A stretch of 64,000 bases of DNA. Origin: Candidatus Bathyarchaeota archaeon (lineage in GTDB: Archaea > Thermoproteota > Bathyarchaeia > 40CM-2-53-6). The position numbers were made by a program, and so were the translations under genes. Positions 51,390 to 62,339 of the stretch are shown here, in pieces. Location of the stretch: the NCBI GenBank assembly GCA_963706285.1, contig CAVPLU010000016.1:48111-112110 (forward strand), given 5' to 3'. Under the pieces are notes generated by a model that was not told where the DNA came from, did not search any database, and worked only from the letters and a program-made list of their open reading frames with translations. The first letter of the stretch is position 1, and the number at the start of each line of letters is the position of its first letter.

Positions 51390-51665
51390 ATGGTAGATGA
51401 AATTCCAGAAAGCGTGAACGAAAGAATTCGACTCATTGAACGAGCGATAAAGAATCAGTGTAGAAGTCTGCAAGTGAAGGATCAGGATCAGCACATAGAA
51501 ATCAGCGGGCACGCTGGCAGACTCTCGAAAGAAGAGAAAGACGCGCTTAGAAACCTAGGAATACGTCATTCAACCTATGGAGCTAAATTGTACAAGGAAC
51601 GCGACGAATACGGTGACTATGTCAAGTCACTGATTAATCGGGGTTTGATAACCTCCACTCGATAA
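51390..51665 (+). CDS. Hypothetical protein
   Basis: 91-aa ORF with GAGGTGA RBS upstream. Confidence 0.6.
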   Translation: MVDEIPESVNERIRLIERAIKNQCRSLQVKDQDQHIEISGHAGRLSKEEKDALRNLGIRHSTYGAKLYKERDEYGDYVKSLINRGLITSTR

Positions 51666-51766
51666 TCGATTAGAGGGCCCTTTCAAGATTCTCTGATATT
51701 GGTTGGCGAAAGCAGTCTGAGTAATAACCAACGAAGATCCAACATTTCGTGGGACGACTGTTCGTG

Positions 51767-51844
51767 TGTGTGGGTCGCGTGGTGCGCGTCGTCGTTAGGC
51801 ATCGTGTGTGGTTCTCCTAGTGCGGGGGTCGGAATTTGAACCCC
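51767..51844 (-). repeat. Two tandem dispersed-site copies, the outer one with a tRNA-3'-like arm
   Basis: On the + strand: TGTGTGG-GTCGCG-TGGTGCG (51767-51786) and TGTGTGG-TTCTCC-TAGTGCGGGGGTCGGAATTTGAACCCC (51805-51844). Confidence 0.78.
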
Positions 51845-51963
51845 ATAGAGGCCAAGTCATTTTGTTAAGTTCAGAAATCTCATAGTCAACATTAGATGAG
51901 GGAGCCAGTGTCGACAGTTAATTTGATCGGTCAGATACCTTTACTTTTCTTCCATAACGAAGC

Positions 51964-52368
51964 TTGATAGCGTGTTCCGTGTTGACGACTGTACGGTTTG
52001 AGAAATCCGTGATCGACAGCATACTTAGCCACGCCCTCGACACGTATCCAAGAGAGGCGATTCTGCTTCTGCGTGGCAAGAAAGGCGGGGACGAGTTACT
52101 AGTCAACGATATCGTGGTGCCTCCTCTTGCCACGCACGGATTCGGATTCTCAGGCTTTCCGAGTTTCATGCTTCCGCTGGACTTGCGTGTTGTTGGCGTC
52201 TCGCATTCGCATCCTTCAGGACATCTTGAACCTTCTAGTCACGATCTGAATCACTTTTACGGAAGAATCATGGTTATCGCCGCGTATCCATTCCAATCAT
52301 ACAGTGACGTCGCTGTCTTTGACAAAGATGGTAGCAGACTTCGATGGCAACTAACTTCAGATCTTTGA
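51964..52368 (+). CDS. JAMM/MPN+ (Mov34) metalloprotease
   Basis: YPREAILLLRG and HSHPSG..PS..D motif. Confidence 0.9.
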   Translation: MIACSVLTTVRFEKSVIDSILSHALDTYPREAILLLRGKKGGDELLVNDIVVPPLATHGFGFSGFPSFMLPLDLRVVGVSHSHPSGHLEPSSHDLNHFYGRIMVIAAYPFQSYSDVAVFDKDGSRLRWQLTSDL

Positions 52369-52650
52369 GTTGCGGATTCCGGGGAAATAGTCGCTCTTGA
52401 CGAGGCAGTGACTATCGTGCTGCAATATTGAAATCGAATATGACTGAATGGGTCGTCGAGTCAGAGACATGTTCAAAGAATAATCGTTAGCCGCCAACTA
52501 TGCTCCTTCGCGTCAGCATATGCTCATTGGGGGCAAAGTGTGCCGGTTTGCAGCTGTTGTTCGACCACTTGTGAGTAGGCTCATCTTTCAGGTGGTTCCC
52601 GGCAAACTTTGTAATACTGACTTTGGATAGTTTAGCGCGAGTGTGAATGC

Positions 52651-53280
52651 ATGAGGATCATGTCTCAAATTGTTGAAGCAGTGAAGAGAATGCGGAAGTT
52701 GCTGCTTCTGGTGGCTCTGCTTTACGTTGGGTCTTATCTCGTTGGTTGGTATTTGATCAGTATTAAGTCGCAGGTAGCGCTCGAGTTGGCTCAGCTTGTG
52801 TCTGGAGCCGTTCTAACAGAGTCACCATTCACGACCATACTTCAGTCGTTAAGTTCAGGAGATCTCGTTCAGGCGATTCTGATCACTTTCCTGCTGAATT
52901 TGTCTACTGGAGCGTTCTTTTCGACGACGCTTCCCGGGATCTTACCCTTGATTGGAGCATTCGGTACCGTTGCGATTACATTGTTTAGGGGTTTCATCAT
53001 AGGCGTGACCTATCCGGCGGTCCTTGCTTCGTCGGGAGCTGGATTTGTACTTGGAATGGGGACAATGGTTTTGGAGTTGGGCGCCTACGTTTTCTCAGGT
53101 GCAGCTGGAATCAACATTGCTTTGGCTCCAATCTTGCCGAAGAGATATGGCACAGCAAGCAGATGGGTCGCCTTCAAGATGGCGTGGAAGGACGCTGCCA
53201 GAATCTACGTGATCGTGATCGTTCTCTTGGCTCTGGGCGCAATATGGGAGATGACTGGCCTCTTTCTGGTTCTCCGCTAA
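52651..53280 (+). CDS. SpoIIM-family membrane protein
   Basis: ITFLLN, LELGAY..AG and A.WE motifs. Confidence 0.75.
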   Translation: MRIMSQIVEAVKRMRKLLLLVALLYVGSYLVGWYLISIKSQVALELAQLVSGAVLTESPFTTILQSLSSGDLVQAILITFLLNLSTGAFFSTTLPGILPLIGAFGTVAITLFRGFIIGVTYPAVLASSGAGFVLGMGTMVLELGAYVFSGAAGINIALAPILPKRYGTASRWVAFKMAWKDAARIYVIVIVLLALGAIWEMTGLFLVLR

Positions 53281-53315
53281 AGGTAGATATTCACCTCACT
53301 AACTGAAAATTCTAT

Positions 53316-54233
53316 TTGACTACATGTAAGATGAAGGTCATTCGTGTGCAAAACATCAATGCGTTATACTTTCTCCAGCCAATCATTACTTTGGCGTTTA
53401 GTGCAGGTCTAGTCATCTACTGGAATCGCAAACGAACTTTCACCAGAGCTACCCTTGTCCTGTCTCTGCTAGCATATGCGGGAGCGATAGCGGCGAAGAT
53501 CGTGCTCCAGAACTTCACGTATGTTGCATATCTATCGAGCTTTAGTCATAGTTCTGTGGCGCTTGGAGCTTACTTCGGAATTCAAACAGTCATCTTTGAA
53601 GTTGGCGGAGCATACTTGGTAGCGGCATTGGCGTTTTCTCGAAACAAGCTGAACGTCAAAGATGCCGAGGGATACGGTCTCGGACTCGCGTTCTGGGAAA
53701 ACGCGGGCTACTTGGGAGTTCTCAGCTTAGTCAACCTGCTATCAGTCTATCTGACGTTGGCGTCCAGCGGCCTAGCTGCGCAAGAACTCTATTCAACTCT
53801 AATGAAGCTTCGACCCGATCTCTTCTATCCCGCAGCGCAAGTCTTGCCCTTGCTAGGCTACGGCTTACTGGAACGGGTGACTTCGCTGCTGTTCCATTTC
53901 TCCTGGGGATACCTTTGCCTTCTAGCAGTCTGCTTACACAATAGGCGATATCTTCTGCTTGCCTTACCGATGGGCTTGCTGGATTTCTTGGTGCCTTTTG
54001 CCGGTAGTCTAGGACTTTTCGTATTCGAATTGTTGATCTTTGTGCTGGGATTAGTCGCTCTTGGATTGACGTGGTTTGTGACGAAGGACTCACGCCAGAA
54101 ATTGGCGCGACAAATCATGCCATTTAGGACTGGTTGGGATACGTTTCTTGCTCAGCCCCAATCTCCGTCTGGTGCACATGCGTTGCCATCGAGAATGTCG
54201 GGTTCGAGAGTCTGGGTAGGCGTCGCCACCTAG
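53316..54233 (+). CDS. YhfC/PrsW-like intramembrane metalloprotease
   Basis: FEVG, GYGLGLAFWE and ER...LLFH. Multi-pass membrane protein. Confidence 0.65.
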   Translation: MTTCKMKVIRVQNINALYFLQPIITLAFSAGLVIYWNRKRTFTRATLVLSLLAYAGAIAAKIVLQNFTYVAYLSSFSHSSVALGAYFGIQTVIFEVGGAYLVAALAFSRNKLNVKDAEGYGLGLAFWENAGYLGVLSLVNLLSVYLTLASSGLAAQELYSTLMKLRPDLFYPAAQVLPLLGYGLLERVTSLLFHFSWGYLCLLAVCLHNRRYLLLALPMGLLDFLVPFAGSLGLFVFELLIFVLGLVALGLTWFVTKDSRQKLARQIMPFRTGWDTFLAQPQSPSGAHALPSRMSGSRVWVGVAT

Positions 54234-54708
54234 ATCTCCGGCAGAACGAATAGCCGTTCATCGAGTCACGAAGTTCGCAACCGCAATCAGCTTGCTGTCA
54301 GCGGCGGGCGCTTTCAAGGCAAATCATGGGGACCAAGCGCATACCTAGACTCAGCTGCATGCGGCTTACACGCGCGTCAATGGAAAGATACTCGAGAAAG
54401 GGATATCGCGAAGATGGCGAGGATCAGAGCGTTCATGCCAATCGGCGTGTTGGAATGATTGTGCTTCAACGCGAGGCTGCGAAGCTCGACTCGATGTCTT
54501 GAAGCTGTCTAGACTCTCGCTGTATTTTCTTGTACAAATGCAACAGGATCAGTCGCAGTTGCCAACGCTTGTTCAAGGAAATCAATTCCTTTTCACGATC
54601 AGTTCTGAATGCAACCAGCCTAATGTCCTGGCAAAGGGATTGTTTGGGTAGGCGGACCGATAGTGAAGAGGAGTCTGCCGAAGAATTCGACTTGGAAGGT
54701 GGAAACAG

Positions 54709-55085
54709 ATGCAGCAGAGCCGAGTTAACCAGAGAAGAGGAAACGGTACTCATTTACCATGGAACAGAGCCGCCTTTCAGCGGCAAGTACAACGATTTCT
54801 GGGAAAAAGGTACATACATCTGCAAACGCTGCAACGCAGTGCTGTACCGTTCAGAAGACAAGTTCAATGCTGGATGTGGATGGCCTAGCTTCGACGATGA
54901 GATCCCCGGCGCCGTGAAGAGGAATACCGGATCCTGACGGTATTCGCACAGAGATAGCCTGTGCCAGCTGTGGCGCACATTTGGGTCACGTCTTCTTCAG
55001 AGAAGGTTTCACCAAGAAGAGCGTTCGGCACTGTGTGAATTCGATGTCTCTTCTCTTTGTTCCCGCGGACAGACGTCGTGCATAA
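54709..55085 (+). CDS. msrB: Methionine-R-sulfoxide reductase (frameshifted)
   Basis: GTEPPFSG and GCGWPSF, then in the next frame [13 protein letters not shown] and RHCVNS. Confidence 0.9.
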
Positions 55086-55190
55086 AGTGCCTGAATTTGT
55101 CTCTCATGTGTGTTGAGGCTCTTCTTTGTTTTCTGGCTCAAGAGCGACTGGATGGCTAGAGTACTCGATTCTTTCCATGTCGAGCAATGA

Positions 55191-55401
55191 CTATGCAATC
55201 ATTGGTTCAGCGACTTGTTTTCTGCGTTTGCGTCTCACCGAATCAACGATCGCCAAGAACTCGGCTTCGGTGAGCAGTTCAACTCCTTTGTCGCAGTATC
55301 GTCGTGTCCTGTCGCTCGATCTCTCGATCTATCTCTTCTCGTTCTTCGTGAGTCGTATCGATTCCAAGCCTGCGCAGCCACTCTTTGACCTTGATGCTCA
55401 T
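55191..55401 (-). CDS. Small hypothetical protein (frameshifted)
   Basis: MSIKVKEWLRRLGIDTTHEEREEIDREIER continues in another frame as YCDKGVELLTEAEFLAIVDSVRRK. Confidence 0.5.
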
Positions 55402-55409
55402 CTCAGTCA

Positions 55410-57000
55410 GCTCAATTATGGTGGAATAGTCGAGCAGAGTGCTTCTGGCTCTCTCAGGTCTGAGTTTCCTACGCTTCACGGTCTCTAGGAGGTGTCGCAT
55501 TCGTTCTTCTTTGCGTCTACTGCTGTAGTAGTATGCTTCGTCAACTGTGCCTTCAGCCATGAGCACCGTTACCTTTCCCACGCTCGTCCTGCCAGTTCTT
55601 CCTCGTCTCTGTATAGATCGTATCTCTGACGGCACCGCTTCATAGAAGATCACGTGATCCACATCCGGCACATGGAGGCCCTCTTCACCGACGCTCGTCG
55701 TAACTAGAACATTGTAGCGTCCCTGATCTGAAGTCCTCCAGTATTCGTAATTGCTCGGTTTGCGTCAACCCCGTGTCGTCAGCGGTCCGTGTGGCTTGAC
55801 CTACGAAACGGACCGGCATGATACCGCCGATGCGGTTGAGGTTCTCAACAATGGTTTCGACCGTATCTCTGAATTGCGTGAATATGATCAGCTTCGAGTC
55901 AACGTTTCCTTTCATTTGCTCCGTAACTATTTCTCGCAGGCGTGTCTGCTTCGGATGCTCGACGCCCGCAAGAGATTCGCAGCTTTGCAGTGCGTAGATG
56001 ATGCGTGGGTCTTTAGCTAAGGAACGTGTGGATCTGTTCTTGCTCTCTCCAAGTCGAAGAAGATACTTTCTCAGGATCAACATTCCTTGTGTTTCAACTA
56101 GTTCGATTGCGTGATGTAGTGAGATCGTTTGAGATTGGAGGAGTGTCGCTGCGAAAAGGTAGCCTACTCTACGGCTGGTGAGTCTTCGACGTAGTGTTTC
56201 GCCCAGTTCGAGTAGCATTCGTTTTGTGACGGTCGTATCGCGTGGTAGGAGATGCATGGCTCGGAGTTTCTCGATCTTCTCACCCAAAATCCCGCGGAGG
56301 AATAGGCTTGTCTCCTTGTAACTCGCGGGTAGTGCAATACGTTCCCAGTTGAGAGAGACCGACTTAACATATACTCACTACATCTTCATCGATTTCGCTT
56401 CGTGCTTCAACATTCTTGATCGCGAGCTTCTCACATATCTCGATGATTCTATCTCTACGGGCGCTCGGGGAGGCTGTTAATCCTAGGATCAGAGGGTTCA
56501 ATGATTCACGCTTGTAGATTTCTGCGACTTCAGAGTAGGCGTACTCTTTCGCGCATCGGTGAGCTTCATCGAAGACGATCAGGCATACATCTGCCAAGGT
56601 GTAACGGTGGTCGAGGATGTCGTTGCGTATCACTTCAGGAGTAGCGAAGATCAGTCTCGATCTCAAGAACTCTGAACTTCTCAGTTCGGGTGCGAGTTCT
56701 CCAGTCAATGTCGCCGAAAAGACACTATTGTCCGTGAGATGATCTTTGAAGAATTGAGCATGCTGCAACACAAGCGGTCTTGTAGGTGCTAGAACGACGA
56801 CCTTGCCGGTGGGGAACATGGAGAGTCGTTGGGCTAGCCACAAGCAGGGCAACGATCGTCTTCCCCAGCCCTGTGGGAAGGACAACCAGCGTGTTCGACT
56901 TGCAGGGCAGACATGGCTATTGTTGTCTGGTACTCGCGAGCCTCGATTCCAACAGGACAAGGCATGATCACTCACTGGATGTTCGAAGCGTACACGGGCA
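55410..57000 (-). CDS. Hef/Mph1-like DEAH helicase, split by several frameshifts
   Basis: REYQ, LPTGLGKT, FDEAHR, LTASP, FVGQ, EEGL and QRRGRTGR, spread over several frames. Confidence 0.88.
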
Positions 57001-57024
57001 AGAGGCAGTGGGTCTGTGAGCTAG

Positions 57025-57357
57025 TCAAGGAGTCTTGAGGAACTGTTGTTTCAGTCGTTCGACTTTGGACGCGATGTCTTTGAAATCAAATCGGCCTACA
57101 CTGAATCGTGCGAGGTCAACCTTCCACGATTCCTGTCCAGACTGTGCATTCTTTCGGAGTTGCCAACGGTAGAATCGAATGTCCCTCGCACCTTGCCCTG
57201 TCTCCACCGCTACGACAGCCATGATCAAGCTGCTGGAACGGTAGATATCGAATCCTCCTAGCTGCTTAAGGAAACCACCTTCGCGAATGGGGTAATCTCT
57301 TCTAGGGTCCTCGCTCATCTTGTCGCGTCTCCACGATCCTTTCTCCTTCTCATACAT
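57025..57357 (-). CDS. Hypothetical protein (possibly PC4-like nucleic-acid binding)
   Basis: Intact ORF directly upstream of the helicase, with a DIRFYRW..WK beta-rich pattern. Confidence 0.6.
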   Translation of the reverse strand: MYEKEKGSWRRDKMSEDPRRDYPIREGGFLKQLGGFDIYRSSSLIMAVVAVETGQGARDIRFYRWQLRKNAQSGQESWKVDLARFSVGRFDFKDIASKVERLKQQFLKTP

Positions 57358-57408
57358 TACAGCTCACTACGATTCCTGACAAACCATCCTCTGAGCGCAC
57401 ATATTCTG

Positions 57409-58311
57409 TCAACGGAGATCCGTCACCGCTTTTTGAGCCAAAGCTATCGCGCCCAAGACTCCAGACCGATCGCCTAACTCTGCCGGCACGATATACTGGT
57501 CAATTTGTTCCAGAATTGTCGGCACTTGGAGGTACCCGTTCAGTAGTTGCAGAACATTTCGTCTGACCATCTGAAAGAGCGTCGTCTGCTTCATGACGCC
57601 GCCACCCAGGATAATTCGCTGTGGAGAAAGCGTGAGGATTAGGTTCGTCAATCCCAAGGCGAGATAAGCGCCTCCAAGCTCCATGCAGGATGATCCGGTG
57701 CGTAGTTCTTCAGCGGGTCGTCCCCATCTTCCAAGCAAAGCTGGACCCGCCGCTAAGCCTTCGAAACAATCGCCGTGCACGGAACAAGCTCCGCGGCAGG
57801 GATCGTCGGCGAAGTCGTGCGGGATTCGAATGTGGCCTATCTCTGGATGAAGAAGCCCATGCATCAGTCTGCCGTTGACGATCCCTCCTCCACCGATGCC
57901 AGTGCCGACAGTCACGTAGGCGAAAGTCTCCAACCCTTTGGCCGCTCCCCAAGTTGCTTCACCCAACGCAGCAACGTTCACGTCGGTGTCAAACGCGACC
58001 GGTACGTCTCAGGACGCGTACGAATCCGTCCAAAGGAATGTCGTATTAACCAGTCTGGTTTCGGTGTGGTCGTGATGTAACCGAAGGTAGGTGATACAGG
58101 ATTCAGATCGACAGGACCAAAGGAACCCACGCCGACTGCCAACAATTCCTTCCGCTGTTGATACTCTCGGAAAAAAGCTACTGCTTGAGCGATTGTCTCT
58201 CGAGGCGTTGTTGTGGCGAACGATATTTCCGTTTCAAGTTTGCGTCGGGACCGGAACCTATTGCGCATACGAATTTTGTCCACCGGCCGCAACGCCTCCA
58301 TATGTCGACAT
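57409..58311 (-). CDS. ROK family sugar kinase (fructokinase-like), frameshifted
   Basis: [30 protein letters not shown] and HPEIGH. Confidence 0.88.
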
Positions 58312-58418
58312 TATGCTCTCCTCTGGGTTTCACAGCGATAATAGGTAATGCCTAACTATGCGTTTCTTGTCCAAATATTCCTATTAGGAATCTCCTACGA
58401 TCCGGCTGGAGAGTGACG

Positions 58419-58969
58419 ATGGTACTGTGATCTCCGATATTGTTCAGAGATGCGTTTCTGGAATGGACCAAGGGCCTAAGCGACAAGGATGCTCGAATCA
58501 GTATCTTCAGCCAGATACGTGACATACCCTACGCCGTAGTTCCCGTGATCAACAACCCTACAGAAGGTCCGGAGGGATTGTTGAAACGTATGAAGGGCTC
58601 CTGTCTACCAAAGCATTTTCTCTTAGGCCGCATGTTCGAAATGCTCGGATTCCGACGCAATTTCTGACCTACCCATTTTCGTGGAACGTCAAGTCAGTAG
58701 CGTACCCTCTAGAACTGAGGAAATTGGCGGAAGCTGTACCTATTAGATATCATTTGACATGCAAGCCCAAGATTCAAGAGCAGTGGGTGGTTGTTGATGC
58801 TCACGTGGGATCGACCACTCGCTCGCGTCGGATTTCCAGTCAACGACAGTTGGGATGGAGGAGGCGATACCAGACTTGCCGTCGAACGAGGCTTAGGATG
58901 TCTGAGTGTTGCACGGACATGACCTTGAGGTCTCCTCTAATGATAAACTTCAGGTCATCCGTACGATAA
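58419..58969 (+). pseudogene. Transglutaminase-like protein, broken frames
   Basis: IRDIPY, GSCLPKH, YHL and WVVVDA(TWD) over three frames. Confidence 0.65.
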
Positions 58970-59133
58970 GTGCACTCGATCTCTGCTTCATCAACTGCTG
59001 ATTTGGAGAAGTCATGAAGAACGATTCAGTCCCTTTGGACAAGACTGTTGGCATTGGCGAATCTCGTCGAGGCCTGTGATCCAATTACTATGGAAGCAAT
59101 TGAATCAGTATCAGCAAGCAAGTAGTCATCCTA

Positions 59134-59511
59134 TCATGCATTCTCAATCTGGTGTGCCTGTTCGAGGCGGTCGATGCTTTCCCCCAACTCATCCGTTGAG
59201 ATACCGAGTGCAGCGCTTGTTTCAGAGAGTGATATCACGCCTCCACGGAGCTTGATTATTGCGAGGACTGCTTGGTCAAGCGCTCCGAGGTCTCGGTCTT
59301 CCCAAGTGATTATCTTGGTGATTTCGTTCGGGTAGGATGAAACTATCATCGATTCCCCGCACATGTGGCAGAAGTCTGCAAGTGCGAGGTTAACTGATCT
59401 ACATCCTTGGCAGACACTCAATTCGATGCCACATTGCAGGCAGAAGGTGGAATTCTTGGTTACCTGGGTTCCGCATTGTGGGCATATTGAGGATGGGCGT
59501 GTTCTTCTCAT
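59134..59511 (-). CDS. Double zinc-ribbon protein with C-terminal wHTH
   Basis: Four CxxC pairs, then ISLSETSAALGISTDELGESIDRL. Confidence 0.75.
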   Translation of the reverse strand: MRRTRPSSICPQCGTQVTKNSTFCLQCGIELSVCQGCRSVNLALADFCHMCGESMIVSSYPNEITKIITWEDRDLGALDQAVLAIIKLRGGVISLSETSAALGISTDELGESIDRLEQAHQIENA

Positions 59512-59744
59512 TGCAGTCTCCTAACCTGTACAGGGACTGGGACTGGTTTCACGCGAATTCGGCGGCTTGAAAACGTCTGTCCTTGGGGGCGAAGGGCCTG
59601 TTGCTCCCAGTTGTTGTAGGTGATTTGATTCGCGGGGCGATTGTTCGAGGTGCATGATAGTAGAGCCTGAATGCCGATCGTTAGAGCGACGAATCCGAAT
59701 GTCGTCAGAAACAGGAAGGTGATTATGTCAGCCAACTCATTCAC
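59508..59744 (-). CDS. Small membrane protein
   Basis: Single TM helix. Stop overlaps the next start by 4 bp. Confidence 0.6.
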   Translation of the reverse strand: MNELADIITFLFLTTFGFVALTIGIQALLSCTSNNRPANQITYNNWEQQALRPQGQTFSSRRIRVKPVPVPVQVRRLQ

Positions 59745-59954
59745 CTGTAGATACGTGTATCTACACTATGAGACTTCTAAGGATATATGTGTTTCGATAC
59801 TGACGATACACTTTTAAACACGCAGAGCCACAAGATCTGCGTTGACGACCTGTGAGCCAGGATGTGCGAGTCTGGTTGAAATTGAGGATGGCTGAGGTTG
59901 ACCGCAGGATCTTGGAACTGAGCCGTCGGCTGACCAATCGAGTGATCAAGAAGA

Positions 59955-60311
59955 ATGTCAAATGATGATGATCTTAAGAAGTGGCTGGATTCACGTTTTC
60001 GGAAGATAGAGCAACGGATCGACGGACTTGAGAAATCCATCGCCGAAGAGAAACAGCCCAACGTTCGAATCGCATGGTACAGAACACTGCTAGGCATGAC
60101 CGATCTTGGAGGCCAGGTGGGCACTGAAAAGCTCGCCAGCCACCTAGGTATAAGCAGAAGCGTCATCAGCGAGTACTTGAACCGGATGGAAGAAGAGGGC
60201 CTCGTGAAGAGGGACTTCAACGAAGACCCAGCACAGAAGTCAAGGTACGTATGGCGAATAGACTGGAATTCTCTCCCTCCTGAAATAGCGTCTAGACTCA
60301 AGAAGAAATAA
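59955..60311 (+). CDS. Winged-HTH regulator with N-terminal coiled coil
   Basis: TEKLASHLGISRSVISEYLNRMEEEGLVKR. Confidence 0.8.
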   Translation: MSNDDDLKKWLDSRFRKIEQRIDGLEKSIAEEKQPNVRIAWYRTLLGMTDLGGQVGTEKLASHLGISRSVISEYLNRMEEEGLVKRDFNEDPAQKSRYVWRIDWNSLPPEIASRLKKK

Positions 60312-60340
60312 CGGCTGGCTGTATACCCGGAGACATTAGA

Positions 60341-62339
60341 GTGAGCTGCCCAGTGACTATCCCACGCTTGGGAATCCTATGTCTTCTCCTATCCGTACTA
60401 TCTCTGCAGTTACCGGTCGCACATGCTCTGCCTCCTCTGGAGAACGGCGTTCTCTTTCCAGCCGGAACCTACGTGATTCCTATGGACGAGAAGCAGGCAG
60501 AAAGGATACTGGTATGGGGATTCATCGATGCCCTTCTCAGGTCTTCTAGCAATGTTCAGATCTTCCGAGTAATAGAACCGCCAAACGTGACTCTATCAAC
60601 GAATTTGGCTACATCACCAAAATCGTTCACTGGTGGGCCGTTCTTGGTGTACCCAAGCGATGCCTCAACTGTGACCCAGGTCGGGAACAGACCAGAATTT
60701 AGGAAAGTGACCATTGGGACTCTAACTACCCAGCAGACTCTGAACAACATTCTCAGAATAATAGAACCATCCAAGACGCTCATCGTGAAAGGTCTGTGGG
60801 GAAGAACGGACCTGACTCTGGATGCGATGATGATTCCGTACAATATCACGACCCCCGAAGATCTGGCCGCAAACCCGAACATGATTCTCAACTATTCACT
60901 GGTGGTCATCGATTCCTTCGGCTGGAACGGCTACATTCCACCTCAAGTTGCGAACAGTCTCAGAAATCACGTTAACACGGGCAATGGAGTCATCTTCACT
61001 GATATCGCACTCAAGGACATGAATGCCACTTTTCCAAGCTACGTAACGCTGTGGGGTCCTCAGCTGAATAATACGGTGGCAAACAGCTACGTGTACAGTC
61101 CCCCGAAAAAGTATGGAAGCGCAAGGAGTCTGTTCTCACCCGAGTCTCCAAGCCAATACTATAACCCTTCACCTCACGCCAATGAGATACGTCTCTATTC
61201 GGAGAATGCCGGGTATGTTGTGTCATCTGTACCTTCTGCAAGAATCAATGATGTGCGGATTCTGATCGACTCGAACAATCTTGGTCTTACGGGCGCTCAG
61301 TATGGCGTGCTCGCATTCTATTTCCAGTACGGTCGCGGCATCGTCGAAGGGTTGGCTTTCAACCCGCAGAAGCAGACCGAGGATCTTGTTTGGGCCAACG
61401 GTTACTACGCCGTGTCTCAGTTGTGCGGCAACATGCTCATACAAGGGAGCGACGCGGTTGTACAAGTACAACGCGACAGTCTCACTTGTTGGTCTGCCCG
61501 AAGATGGTCGACGACTCTGCAGGTTGACGGGGTCAAGATGGGCGACATGAATGGCAATGAAGTCCAGGTTCTACCTATTCTATGGGACATCACATACAAT
61601 CCAAGTTGATCAATATGTCAGCGGATCGTCTGGCTATCGATATTATTGCGTATCGAACATCCGCACCGTAAGCTCGGCTGGATCAATTGTGTTCAACTAT
61701 GTGACTCAGGTTCATTTGAGCGTGGAAGCTACCCCGTCAGGTGTGGGGTCGGTATCACTCGTTCCTAACTCCAGGACCGATGGTATAATGTAGGAACATC
61801 AGTTCAAGCAACGGCTAACTCCATAACTTCCACCTACACATTTGCAAATTGGGTGCTTGACGGGTCAATCATCAAAACCCCAACCTTGGCAATTGACATG
61901 AATCTCCCTCACGCTCTGACAGCCGATTTTGCAGTGGTAACGACCACAAGTTCTGCAAGTACAACCACAAGTACTATCCAAACAACTCGCAGCTCAACAT
62001 CTAGCACGACATCCAGTCTCAGTACACAGAAAACGAGCAGCGTCGAGACGGTGACGAGTTCGCCACCACTCTGACCACTGAAACCATTCCAGCACGATCA
62101 CTACAGAGAATCCTTCCACGACCCTCAGCTGTTTTGGATCCAGCTCCGTTCTCACTGGCAGTGGTAGTTGGTGGGTTCTTCTATTGCGGCTTTTGTTGTG
62201 CTTGCCTTTCCGTGTGCGCCGCATTCGTGCGTCTAGGAGGGCTCTTCGGATCTGCCCGGATTGTGGTTTTGGCAATCCACCTTACACGAGGGCGTTTTGT
62301 GTGAAATGCGGCGGCTCGTTGGAACGTCCTAAGGGTTAG
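60341..62339 (+). CDS. Large secreted/surface protein with Thr-rich linker, TM helix and C-terminal zinc ribbon (frameshifted)
   Basis: Signal peptide. Collinear fragments 60341-61609, 61551-61793 and 61853-62074. Terminal CPDCGFGNPPYTRAFCVKCG. Confidence 0.7.

Noticed and set aside
51818-51844. Functional or split tRNA gene
   Set aside because: No 5' half, a mismatched T-stem, and no BHB-forming leader evident.
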